Below, in pieces: positions 6,479-17,300 of a DNA stretch of 64,000 bases (position 1 is the first letter of the stretch; each line of letters starts with the position of its first letter). A program made the translations under genes and the position numbers. Below the pieces are notes generated by a model. It ran no database searches. It was not told the origin of the DNA and saw nothing but the letters and a program-made list of their open reading frames with translations. The stretch is from positions 35,224 to 99,223 of the IMG/VR virus record IMGVR_UViG_3300024344_003209. One strand, 5' to 3'. This stretch comes from a virus.

Positions 6479-8384
6479 AAAAAAAAGAGTTTTATTCCAT
6501 AGTGATTCAGCCTTAGCAAAAACAGGCTTTGGAAGAAACTCTAAGGAGATCCTCTCGTACTTATACAAGACAGGTAAGTATGAGATATTTCATTATTGCT
6601 GCGGCACATCTAAGAAAGACAAGAATTTAAATAAAACCCCATGGAAAAGTATGGGGACTATGCCGAATAACAAACAAGAACTGGCAAGATTAAACCAAGA
6701 CCCCGAGCAAGGAAGAGATTTAAGCTATGGTGGGTACTTTATAAATGAAGCGATTAAAGAATCAAAACCAGATGTTTATATAGGTGCTCAAGACATATGG
6801 GGTTTGGAGTCTTGTACGAAAAAAGACTGGTTTGATAAAGTAACTTCCGTTGTATGGACAACACTAGACTCCTTGCCGCTTTACCCAAACGCTATAAAAG
6901 TAGCCAAAAAAATAAAAAACTTTTGGGTATGGAGCTCTTTTGCTGAAAAAGAATTTAATAGGTTAGAAATTAAAGGAGTAAAAACTGTTCATGGAGCTTT
7001 AAATCCTGAAAATTTTTGCAAGTTGCCAGATGAAGCCAGACTAACGCTAAGAAAAAGATTTAATATAGAAGAAGATGCTTTTATTATTGGTTTTGTTTTT
7101 AGAAATCAATTAAGGAAGTCTGTGCCTAATCTTATTGAAGGTTACGCATTATGGAAAGAAACTTATAAACCAGATAAAAAAACTTATTTATTATTTCATA
7201 CTCACTGGGGGGAAGGCTGGAATATTCATAGATTATGTGAAGAATATAAAGTGCCAAAAGATGAAGTAATAACTACTCACATTTGCTCTAAATGTAAAAA
7301 CTATTTTGTTAAGCCTTACAAAAAACAAGGAGACACTTGTGATATTTGCAAGTCAGAAAAAAGTCAAGTAACTTGTTCTGTTTCCTTAGGTATAGAAGAA
7401 AAAGAACTTAACGAAGTTTACAACTTAATGGATGTCTACTGTCACCCATTCACTAGTGGCGGTCAGGAAATACCAATCCAAGAAGCAAAGTTTACGGAGT
7501 TAATGACTCTGGTAACTGATTACAGTTGCGGAGAAGAAAGTTGCGAAGAAGGATCTCAATCTATTCCTCTCGCTTGGTCAGAGTATAGAGAACACGGAAC
7601 TCAATTTAGAAAAGCATCTACGTGCCCAACAGATATATGCGAAAAACTTCAAAAGGTATACGAAATGCCAGAGGGAGAAAAGAGAGAGAAAGGTAAACTA
7701 GCAAGAGAATGGGCAATTAAAAATTTTTCTATAGAGACAACTGGAGCTATACTCGAGAAATTTATTGACGACGCTCCTTATACAGATTTCGACTTTGACA
7801 GCCTAACGTGGAAACCTAGAGACCCAGAGGCTAAAATACCAAGTATAGCCAGTGACTCTGAATGGCTTACATATATGTATAAAAACATATTAAAAATGGA
7901 AGTATGCGATCAAAACGATGGACATAAATACTGGATGAACCAAATAGAAAATAAAGTTCCCAGAAATAATATAGAGAGCTTTTTTAGAAATAAAGCTAAA
8001 GAAGAAAATAAAGAAAATATTCCTTTTAAAATAGAGGACTTGTTAGATAAAGATGATGAGAGCAGAAGAATTTTAATTGTAATGCCCGGAAGCATAGGGG
8101 ATGTTTTCCTTTGCACTTCCGTCTTAAAGAGCCTGTCTGAGACTTATCCAGACTATAATATATATTTTGCCACTAATCCGTCTTACTTTCAAATATTAGA
8201 AGGTAATGATTTCATACATAAGGTTATACCTTATAACTCTAAAATGGATGACCTATTGTGGCTTGAAGGAAGAGGGGATCATCAAGGCTTTTTTGAAATA
8301 GCTTATTTACCTCACATAGGAACACAAAGAATGTTTAATTACCAACACAACGGTAAAGATAAAATAGCACTAAATCTTTCTTAA
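6465..8384 (+). CDS. Multidomain glycosyltransferase: GT4 with Zn-ribbon insert, DUF4214-like helical unit, GT9 N-terminal half
   Basis: KTGFG, FRNQLRK and SGGQEIPIQEA (GT4); CSKC..CDIC; WLTYMYKNIL..GHKYW; RILIVMPGSIGDVFLCT..L..L..YPD (GT9 N-domain). Confidence 0.8.
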   Translation: MSSGRKKRVLFHSDSALAKTGFGRNSKEILSYLYKTGKYEIFHYCCGTSKKDKNLNKTPWKSMGTMPNNKQELARLNQDPEQGRDLSYGGYFINEAIKESKPDVYIGAQDIWGLESCTKKDWFDKVTSVVWTTLDSLPLYPNAIKVAKKIKNFWVWSSFAEKEFNRLEIKGVKTVHGALNPENFCKLPDEARLTLRKRFNIEEDAFIIGFVFRNQLRKSVPNLIEGYALWKETYKPDKKTYLLFHTHWGEGWNIHRLCEEYKVPKDEVITTHICSKCKNYFVKPYKKQGDTCDICKSEKSQVTCSVSLGIEEKELNEVYNLMDVYCHPFTSGGQEIPIQEAKFTELMTLVTDYSCGEESCEEGSQSIPLAWSEYREHGTQFRKASTCPTDICEKLQKVYEMPEGEKREKGKLAREWAIKNFSIETTGAILEKFIDDAPYTDFDFDSLTWKPRDPEAKIPSIASDSEWLTYMYKNILKMEVCDQNDGHKYWMNQIENKVPRNNIESFFRNKAKEENKENIPFKIEDLLDKDDESRRILIVMPGSIGDVFLCTSVLKSLSETYPDYNIYFATNPSYFQILEGNDFIHKVIPYNSKMDDLLWLEGRGDHQGFFEIAYLPHIGTQRMFNYQHNGKDKIALNLS

Positions 8385-9073
8385 TGACTAAAAAGAATTA
8401 TATGATAGCGGTAAGAGAAGGTACTTCCGACGAACAAATCGTCCACGAAGTATTCGATCAAGACTGTTATAAGCTATCAGAGTGGAATCCCAAAAGATAT
8501 CCTAAATTTATAGTGGATGTAGGATGCCAAGTAGGATCCTTCTCCATACTAGCTAACCATCTTTACCCAAAATGTTCTATCCTTGCTTTTGAAATGATGC
8601 AAGAAAATCACGAGATTGCCTCAAAGAACTTAGAAGAATTAGAAAACACAACATGCTTTCACGGAGCAGTAGTCGGCAAAAATAAACCCATAGGCTTCAT
8701 GAAGAACGAGAATAACACAGGAGGCCACAAAACAATATACGAAGGCAAAAGCTCTTATTTGAGTGAATCAAGATTCGACGCGGACTATAAATTAAAACAC
8801 GATTTTAAATCTTTTGATTTCTTAGAAATCTTTTCTAATAATAATATAGATAGAATAGACTTTCTTAAGATGGACTGTGAGGGCTCAGAATACGAAATAA
8901 TACCTCATTTGATAGAAACAAATTTAATTAAAAAAATAGATAATATTTCAATAGAACTTCATGGAAGAGATCAAAAAGAATATAAAGAAACATTAGACTT
9001 TCTTTCTAAAAGTTATGAAAAAGTAACAATGGACGGAGACTACTTAGGTCATTTTAGAAACTTATGCATTTAG
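8384..9073 (+). CDS. FkbM-family SAM-dependent methyltransferase
   Basis: IVDVGCQVG, AFE and IDFLKMDCEGSE..IELH motifs. Confidence 0.9.
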   Translation: MTKKNYMIAVREGTSDEQIVHEVFDQDCYKLSEWNPKRYPKFIVDVGCQVGSFSILANHLYPKCSILAFEMMQENHEIASKNLEELENTTCFHGAVVGKNKPIGFMKNENNTGGHKTIYEGKSSYLSESRFDADYKLKHDFKSFDFLEIFSNNNIDRIDFLKMDCEGSEYEIIPHLIETNLIKKIDNISIELHGRDQKEYKETLDFLSKSYEKVTMDGDYLGHFRNLCI

Positions 9074-10248
9074 TAGAACAGTACGCTTTAGCTTGCGGCG
9101 CAAAGATAAACAAACCTTATATTTATGAGAAGTTTGCTCCTTTGCCATTTAACAACTATGTAACTTTTTCTCCCTACTCTAAACCAGCAAAAAACTACGA
9201 CTATTGGCGCGAAGTTTTATTTATGCTTTTAAAAGATTTTCAAAAACTTGGTGTTAATATAATCCAACTAGGATTAAAAGACGAAAAACTCATAGAAGGC
9301 TGCTACGATATGAGAGGTAAGCTTGATATAAACCAAACAGCCTACCTAATAAAAAGGAGCCTGCTCCACCTAGGAACAGACTCTTTCCCAACTCACATAG
9401 CTTCTTCTTTCGGTAAGAAAATAGTCTCTCTATATTCTAATTCTCCAACCCAAAACTGTGGACCTTTCTTTTCTGACAAAAAAGACACCTTCCTTATCTC
9501 AAGCCCGAAAGAAGGAAACAAACACTCTTACGCACTCGAAGAGAGCCCTAAAACAATAAATAAAATTGGACCAGAATTTATAGCACAAAAAGTTTTTGAG
9601 CTTATGGGCCTTGAGGCTAAGATAAAAAATAAAACAGTTAATATAGGCCCTAAGTGGATTCATGAATTCATAGAAGTTGTTCCTTCTGCTGTTACGAAGT
9701 TTAGTAAAGAGGTCCCAAAAGATAGGCATATTATCAGAATGGACTACCATTACGATGTCAACGTAATGAAAGAACAACTAAAAACAAATAAGGGCGTAAT
9801 AGTAACTGAAAAGCCTATACCCATAAAAGACTTAGCGGAAGTAAAAGAAAGAATAAACCAAGTCATCTTTCTTGTAACAAGTAAGTCTTATGATAAAAAC
9901 TTTCCCAGAGATCTGGAAAAAAATAATGTTCCTAATTGTATATTTTCTAAATTAGAAGGAGAAGACTTAGAGAAGCTTAAGTTTGATATATTAGACCTAG
10001 ACAAAAACATTCAAATAATAGACAAAAAAAGCAAGGAACTTTTGCCTAACTATGATAATCTAGATCTAAACAAACTAACGTTTAGAAGCAGAAAATTTAT
10101 TATAGAAGGAGATACTATTTACCCCGGTAAAGCCGCTTACATTAACAAAGTTAGTATTCCAAACTTTTTCACTAAACCTATCCCAATAATCGATAGTCCA
10201 GAATTCTGGGAAGAAATGGATTTTTTCTGGATAACAGAATCAGTATAG
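9064..10248 (+). CDS. GT9 (heptosyltransferase-like) C-terminal half plus an extra C-terminal domain
   Basis: Begins at the HLVEQY linker motif; KNYDYW, IIQLG, DMRGK and LHLGTDSFPTHIA. Confidence 0.75.
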   Translation: MHLVEQYALACGAKINKPYIYEKFAPLPFNNYVTFSPYSKPAKNYDYWREVLFMLLKDFQKLGVNIIQLGLKDEKLIEGCYDMRGKLDINQTAYLIKRSLLHLGTDSFPTHIASSFGKKIVSLYSNSPTQNCGPFFSDKKDTFLISSPKEGNKHSYALEESPKTINKIGPEFIAQKVFELMGLEAKIKNKTVNIGPKWIHEFIEVVPSAVTKFSKEVPKDRHIIRMDYHYDVNVMKEQLKTNKGVIVTEKPIPIKDLAEVKERINQVIFLVTSKSYDKNFPRDLEKNNVPNCIFSKLEGEDLEKLKFDILDLDKNIQIIDKKSKELLPNYDNLDLNKLTFRSRKFIIEGDTIYPGKAAYINKVSIPNFFTKPIPIIDSPEFWEEMDFFWITESV

Positions 10249-10259
10249 GTATATTTTTC

Positions 10260-10288
10260 TTGACTTTAAGTTTAGTTTGTCTTATAAT
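10260..10288 (+). promoter_or_regulatory. sigma70 promoter TTGACT-N17-TATAAT
   Basis: Boxes at 10260-10265 and 10283-10288; ATG at 10295. Confidence 0.85.
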
Positions 10289-10294
10289 AGTCAA

Positions 10295-11008
10295 ATGTCT
10301 GAAGCACAAAAACTTTCAAGAGACGACAAAGGACTTTTAGTCAACCCAACAATAGATTATCTTTTTAACGAAGATGGTAGCGTTAACTGGCGCAAGATGG
10401 TCCGTAAAGAGTTTTTAGTTGCAAACAAACAAAGAACTAATGAGACTGACGTTTCCGTGCTAGAAGACAGAGACTTACTTATTTTATTGGGCGGCATTAA
10501 AGAGTTAGCTCAAATCAGAGGGTATTCCAATGTTAACTATACTGTTCACGCTGCAACGCAAGATTATTTTTCTACAACTTGCACGATTGAGTGGATACCA
10601 AATTACGAGACAGATAATAAGATTGTTTCGTTCTCAGCTATAGCAGACGCTCATCAAGAAAACACATACAGCTTTGCTTCTAACTTTTTAGCCGCAACAG
10701 CAGAAAATAGAGCTTTTGTTCGTTGCGTAAGAAACTTTTTAAAGATTAACGTTGTAGGCCAAGAAGAGATGGGGGGAGGTCAAAAAACAAACAGGGCTTT
10801 CTCTCAAGCATCTCCTAAAGCTGACTCTAACCCAGCAACGCTTCTTCAGTCAATTATGTCTAGTAAAGGCATACAGTTTGAAGCAGTCAAAAGCAAGCTA
10901 GTAGAAGAAGGATATTCAGGCGCAGAAAGCTTGACCTCTGTAAATGAGATTTCTAAAAGTAAAACGTTCGAACTTATAGGCAGACTGAAAAAAGCAACCG
11001 CAAAATAA
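10295..11008 (+). CDS. Putative Rad52/Sak-like ssDNA annealing protein
   Basis: FSAIADA..N and LAATAENRAFVRCVRNFL.I....EEM resemble the Rad52/22-type AETRA..RA motif. Start moved from the track's TTG at 10277, which lies inside the promoter, to ATG 10295. Confidence 0.5.
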   Translation: MSEAQKLSRDDKGLLVNPTIDYLFNEDGSVNWRKMVRKEFLVANKQRTNETDVSVLEDRDLLILLGGIKELAQIRGYSNVNYTVHAATQDYFSTTCTIEWIPNYETDNKIVSFSAIADAHQENTYSFASNFLAATAENRAFVRCVRNFLKINVVGQEEMGGGQKTNRAFSQASPKADSNPATLLQSIMSSKGIQFEAVKSKLVEEGYSGAESLTSVNEISKSKTFELIGRLKKATAK

Positions 11009-11014
11009 AAAACT

Positions 11015-11353
11015 CTACCATTTGTCAATAGGACATTTCTCTTGAGTAAAGTACGCTTTAAGCGGCACTACGCATCCACACTTTTGGCATCTTTCTCCTT
11101 TGTCTGAAAACCAAGGGCAGCTTCTGCATATGGAAGTTCTTTTTGAGTAAAGTTCCTGTTTAGCTACTATTTCTTTTCCTTGTAAAGCTGCCTTTGTAGT
11201 ATTAGCGATACTTCTTGTTATATTTTTCGCCATTTTGAATCCGCTAGGCATCTTCACTACTTCTTTTTTTTCTAAATTTTTTAAAGATCTAGTTCTAGAT
11301 GTACTTCCGAAGGAAGGCTCTTCTCCCGCTTTTTCTTTATACTCGTTAGCCAT
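11015..11353 (-). CDS. Small Zn-finger protein
   Basis: R..ICRSCP..RCQKCGC...K....CPIDKW. Confidence 0.75.
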   Translation of the reverse strand: MANEYKEKAGEEPSFGSTSRTRSLKNLEKKEVVKMPSGFKMAKNITRSIANTTKAALQGKEIVAKQELYSKRTSICRSCPWFSDKGERCQKCGCVVPLKAYFTQEKCPIDKW

Positions 11354-14300
11354 TTTTCATCAAGTCGAACCTTAGTTGCTCATCACTAATCATAAAGACT
11401 TTTCTACCAAAAGGCGAACATTTATGAACACAAGGGCCTGCTTGGAAGTTTTGGTTAAACAAACCATCGGATCTTCTAACTATCATTTCTGTTTTGTTCG
11501 TACCGTAAACAGCAAGAGCCTGAGTAAATTCTGGCTCTATTTTAAATGTTTGTTTTCCAGCAGACGGATCTATTCTTTCTCTTGATGAAAACTCAAATTC
11601 TTGCATAGATGGCCCTATGATATCATCTCCATCAGCTAAGCCAAAATATTCTTCGTAACTTTGTACGTTACCTGTTCCACCTCTAACATCTCCGTCGGTG
11701 CATAAGCTGTGATAGCCTTGTTCCTTGTCGACTGTTCCTATCTTTTCGTTTTTACATATACCTCTAGTTTGCAGAATTGTTCCATTTATGTTTTCTATCT
11801 TACCTAATCCATCTTCTCCTACAGCGCTCTTAAGGAAGCTAGGCGAAGGCACTATCTCAAATTCTGTCCATTCTATAGTTGTCTTTAAAAACGTAGACCA
11901 AAAAGGTTTTCCGCTTATCTGACACCCAAATATTATTTCGTTCTCGTAAGAAGTGTCTATTATTTCAGATCCAGCTATATTGACAATAGAAACATCAGTA
12001 TCCATAGTTTCGCTTGTAATATCATATTCCTCACTTGTATAAACTAGTTCGCCCCCGAACGCAAAAGCTCTTCTTTTATTTAAGTTTGGCAAATCTAATC
12101 CTTTCTCTTGCGTAAGAACTTTTCCAGCACTATCTCCAGATACATCTCCATACGAAGCAGGGAAACAAAATACCCCATTCTCTTCTGGTATATTTACCTT
12201 ATTAGGCAGGCCTATATCTTTGGGAATATAATTTGCATCAAACACTTGATCTGTTTTAAACTCTTCAATATCATAAGTAGCTTTAGTTATATTTGACTTT
12301 ACTTGACCCTGCAGCCCTTTAAAGCCGGAGAACCAAGCTCTCTTATATTTCTTTTCTTTATGGTCGTAAAAATCTATAAAATTTTGCTTAGATAAAGCTT
12401 CGTATGTTAATGCTTGATAACTTTCATTTATTCTAACAATCTCTTCTCCTGCATTGCTAGGATCTTCCGGAGAGAATGTCATATTAGCCATATCCTCTAC
12501 ATACCTATATTCATATTTTCTATATTTTCTTACCTTTGCGAACACAGGAACATAAGCCCCCAAGAATCTCATGTTATTAATAGTTCTAACATAATTATTA
12601 AAGACTTCTCCAGTAACAGGAGACGTAGGATTAATACCAAACCCTTTAGGTAGGCTAGGATTTTGCTCTCTTGAAAAAGAACTTAACCAAGGTTGAGATT
12701 TATTGGCTATCTCATTTTTTACAACTCTATATTCCGCTATAGAATTATTATTAACTATTGCTGTTAAGACAGGTTTAGTTGGTTCTGGGAAAACTTCCTT
12801 CTCGCAACTGCCGTCTTCTTTTATAGTTACAGATATCTCTTGAGTAGCTTCTCTTTCGTCTGCTTCATATAGCCCTAAATGCTTACTGCTTTCTGTGCCT
12901 TGTAAATCGCTATATTCATCTTCTGTTGAAATTGCGTAAGATTGAGTATCTTTTATTTCTATGTTACGTTCGTTTAAACTATCTTCTCTTGCTTTAATTT
13001 TTCTTTCTATATCTTCTACAGTGTTCCAGTTATCGCTTTCTGATACAGCATTTAAAGTATTAACATATTTAGTTAATGTAGTTTTAAAATCTGCTATGGC
13101 TTGAGCACTTTCTGAGTCATCTACCCCAAAAGACTCCTCGACATATTCTGCTAAAGCTTCTGCCTCATCAGCTAATATACCAAAATTCTCTTGGCATTCT
13201 CCCGTATCTTCTGTAATATTATTAACTGTGACATCGGCCGTCTTTACCCCTTTATGCTCTGAAAGCGATATATAAGGCATCTGACGCTCTTTATAGTCTA
13301 TTGAAATCGAAGAAGCCTGAGTGGCAGTAGCCTGTTTACTTAGTGTGAATTGAGTCAAGCTGTTTATCTTTTCTACTCTTGTGTCAGAGGGTACGCCAGT
13401 TCCCGAGACTCTAGCTCCTAATATTATATTCTTTTGTCCATCGTGATTAACTAGTTTACTATTGTTAGTTAAATTAAAAGTATGAGTAAAGCTAGAATCC
13501 TGTATAACCATACTATGAAAAACAAAAGGAATATCGCCCTTCGCCCTATCTATAACTTTTTGCTTGCCTGCTTCAGAACTTACATCAGAATATCCAGCCC
13601 CCGAGTCAGAAACCTCTACATAAATAACTTTTCCTGACTCAATATGAGCTATAGCTTTCGAGGTTTTAGTTAGTAATCCTTTTTTAGGCTCCGGATCTTC
13701 TATTACAATGTCAGGAGCGACCCTGTAGTCAGAACCACCGGACTCTATAACTACCTTAGATATTCCTCCTACTGCTATTTTATCTACATAGGATGCTTTT
13801 AGTCTATGGGAGAGTCTATACTTATATAATCTCTCATGAGGTATATTAATGTCGTAATTATCAGCTACCCTAGAGTATTCATGACAACCAAAAAGACTTA
13901 CCCCTTCCTTAGGAATAGATATAGAATTCCCTATTAAATGGTTCTCAGCGAGATCAAGGCTAAATATCCCATCTACAGACTCGCCTATATCAGACTGCCT
14001 TATTACAGATCGCCAATCAAAGGGAAGCCTCATTAACTCATTGCGTCTAAAGTGTTTTAACACCCCTTCGTCGTAATACTGGAAAGTCTCATTTTTTATA
14101 GCCATCCTGTAAGTGCCAGTAAACGAACCCGCAGTACCAGAAGAACCAGAACTTCCCGAGCTCCCTGAAGGACTAGCCCCTAAGGAGACTCTAAAATTTT
14201 GTTTGTCGTCTATCTCTATGCTTAAATTTTCCTTTCCTGAAACCTGAACCCAGCTACCAGACTCTAATCTCTGTAAGTTAAATCTTATTGACTTAGGTTT

Positions 14301-17300
14301 ATTTCTAAACGAAGAAGAGCCATCGTCTTTAGGAGGCTCGAAACCGTTAATAAACCCTTTGACATGGTCCTCCGTTAAGCTAAAAGACAACTCCATTCCG
14401 CCGTCAAGTAATACTGGGTATATGTATTTAACTGTTGCTGGTAAAGGCCCGTCATAAGCTAGCCCGTGATCAGTTGTAGTACTCCTTAATAATTCATATT
14501 TTTTATCAAGACTAAATAACCTATCTAAATTTTCGGTATAAGAAAATGAAGAAGGAGTAAATAGAACGTGCTCTGAATCTGCATTGTAATTATTTAAATT
14601 AGGTACTTGATAGTCCATATAATCAGCAGCTATGGTATCATCGTTAGTTGTTTTCTTTATTTGGTCAACATAGTAAGCTGACTCAGTTATAAATATAGAA
14701 GTATATAGAGTTTCTAGTAAATCTTTCTTTGCGTCACTAAATAAAAACTCCTCTGTGTCTTGCGCATCAAAATGAAAAAATGTTTCAGTGTTAAAATCCT
14801 TATATTTATAAAGTATTTCTATTTCTCCATTTTCACAGATAAAATAATCTAACTTCTTGCCGCTAATAGAAACTTCAGCCCCATTAATTAAAATCTTAGC
14901 TTCGTCGCCTTCGCCCTCTATATTGCCTCCATTTAATATATATCTATATTCTTTTCCTTTCGTTAGCTTGACTACTACTCTAACCTCTTTGTTAAAAATA
15001 CTTACAAAATCTATAGTAGTATTATTTCGGAATAATATATTTTTAAAGCTTGCAAATATATCTAAGTCATGCCAATAAATATTCTCATCCAAATCTATTA
15101 AAGATGTTCTAGCTTTAGTTTTGTCTCGGTTATTTCCTGTTAAGTCACTTTCGTTAGAGACTAAACCCTCAGCGACAGCAGATAACTCTAAGTTCGCTCT
15201 AACAGAAAATACATTTCCTTCTTGGGTGTATATATTATCTGAAGTTGTAGCAAAAGCTTCGGCTGTATTCGGGCTTTCGTAACTATCCTCATTTTCCTCG
15301 TCAGAAACCCCGACTGAATAATCTTTATAAGAAGGTCTTTCTAGATAAAATCTCTTATTGTTCACTATAATAGGAAAGTTAAGAGACGTATATTGAGTAT
15401 CGTCTATTCCGTGATCGTATATTTTATTAATTACCGGATTCTGTCCCCTGTAACCATCTACTCTTCGCCCTTTGTTATCTAGTTGAGGCTGCAGGTTGAA
15501 GTAGTTTACTATTTTGTATTTATTACCAGAGAACCCTGCGCTGTCTATAATATTAACAGCATCGTAAGTTAAATCTGTATTTCGTTCGTCGTTATCAAAT
15601 ACATTTAGCACTTCATATAAATTAGAGCCCTTTTCTTCCCCATCTGCTGCTACAGCAAAAATTCTTAAAAAGTACACTCTCCCTGCTTTTATTTTATTAG
15701 GCCCAGATGTTCCTGCATCATGTTTGAATACTATAGCATCTCCGTTATCTACATTATTTAATCTTATAAAAGTCTTTCCATTATCAGTAGTCGCTTCTAT
15801 ATCGTTCCATCCACCAAAAGTATTAAGTTTTGCTACTCCTCCGGGTCTTGCTATGTCTTGATAAGATATTGATTCTAACTCAGAATCTAATATATATCTA
15901 AGTTTAGCTTTGCTTGTATTATTTGTTAGGTATGTTCCTATTTTAGCATCTTTAGTTAAATCATTAAATACTATTTTTTTGTTAGTTAATTTTTTTAATC
16001 TAAACCTAACGCTACTATAAGAAGCTTTATCTCTATTTAAATTAAATCTGAATCCAACCATTGGGTCAGGCCCAGAATGCACCCCAAAAGGAACAAAAGA
16101 ATATCCATGATTATTTTTTAAAGACAAATGAGCTTTATGATTTCTTTGGTTTATCTCTATTTGATTAGCCTTCATGTACTCATCAAGAGGCAGGAGTCTT
16201 TCGTCTGCATCTCTAACCTCCTTGCTTTGTTGTTCATATCGAGCTTTTATTCTGTCCATAGCTTTTACGCTTTGCTCTTCTGATATGGCTGAAGAAAAAT
16301 CTTCATTAAGGCTTCTTACAACCCCGTCGGGAGCAAAAGGCGCACTGTCTTTATCTTCTATAGATAACCTTATTAAGTCGTGAGGAGCAGAATTTAACTT
16401 TAAGGAAGATTTTATCTTGTACTCATAAGCAGGAGATTCTATGTTAGACTGATTTCTTTGATTCTTATATCCAACTAAATTAACTCTTACCCTTATAACT
16501 TTTTCAACTTTATCTTCTATTGTTATCTTTTCATCCCCTGATTGAATTATTGTATAATCTGAAGCTAAGGTGCCCTCTAGCAATGGTATAGTAAATTCAA
16601 AATTTCTCGTGTGGTGCCAATTACCTTTTTCATATTCGTTAATAACAAAAAGACCACCACCTTTTTTATCTACTTCATTAATATATCGCCCCTCTATATT
16701 TTTTATTTTTCTTCCCTGTATGAGTTCATAAGCAGCGCCGCTTGACACTTTTTCTTCTACCACCGCATTTAGAAAATTATTTCTATGTTCGTTAAGAGAA
16801 ACCTTACTCCAAGCGGGAGATTTAACAGCACTAGTGGGGTCATCTATTTTACTTTGAAATATTTTAGCAAAATCTGTTTTTTCGTCAGATTTAATAGAGG
16901 CGTCTTCAGCTGAATCATCTATATCTTCTACTCCGTATTGAGAAAATTTTAGATCAAAATGATAAGGCATATTTAGCTTATATTCAGTTAATCCAACACC
17001 TTTTATTTTTTCTCCGGGTCCGTAAACTTCTCCATTATACGTTAAAGTAACCTCTTCTGAGTAATCTTTTTGTTCGTATTCCTTTTTATTAAAGAGTCTA
17101 CTGAAATTATCTATTTCAATATTATTTAAATCATAAACAAAATCATAATCAAAAACTTCTTCCGACTCAAAAGAATGGTATCTATCCGGCTTAAAGCCTG
17201 ATAAAGTTATTTCGCCTGTTCTTTCGTTAAAGTGAGAGCATTTTGTTATTCTTTCGTGGCCAGTATTGAGACCGTAAGCAATTATATCTTGCTTCATATC

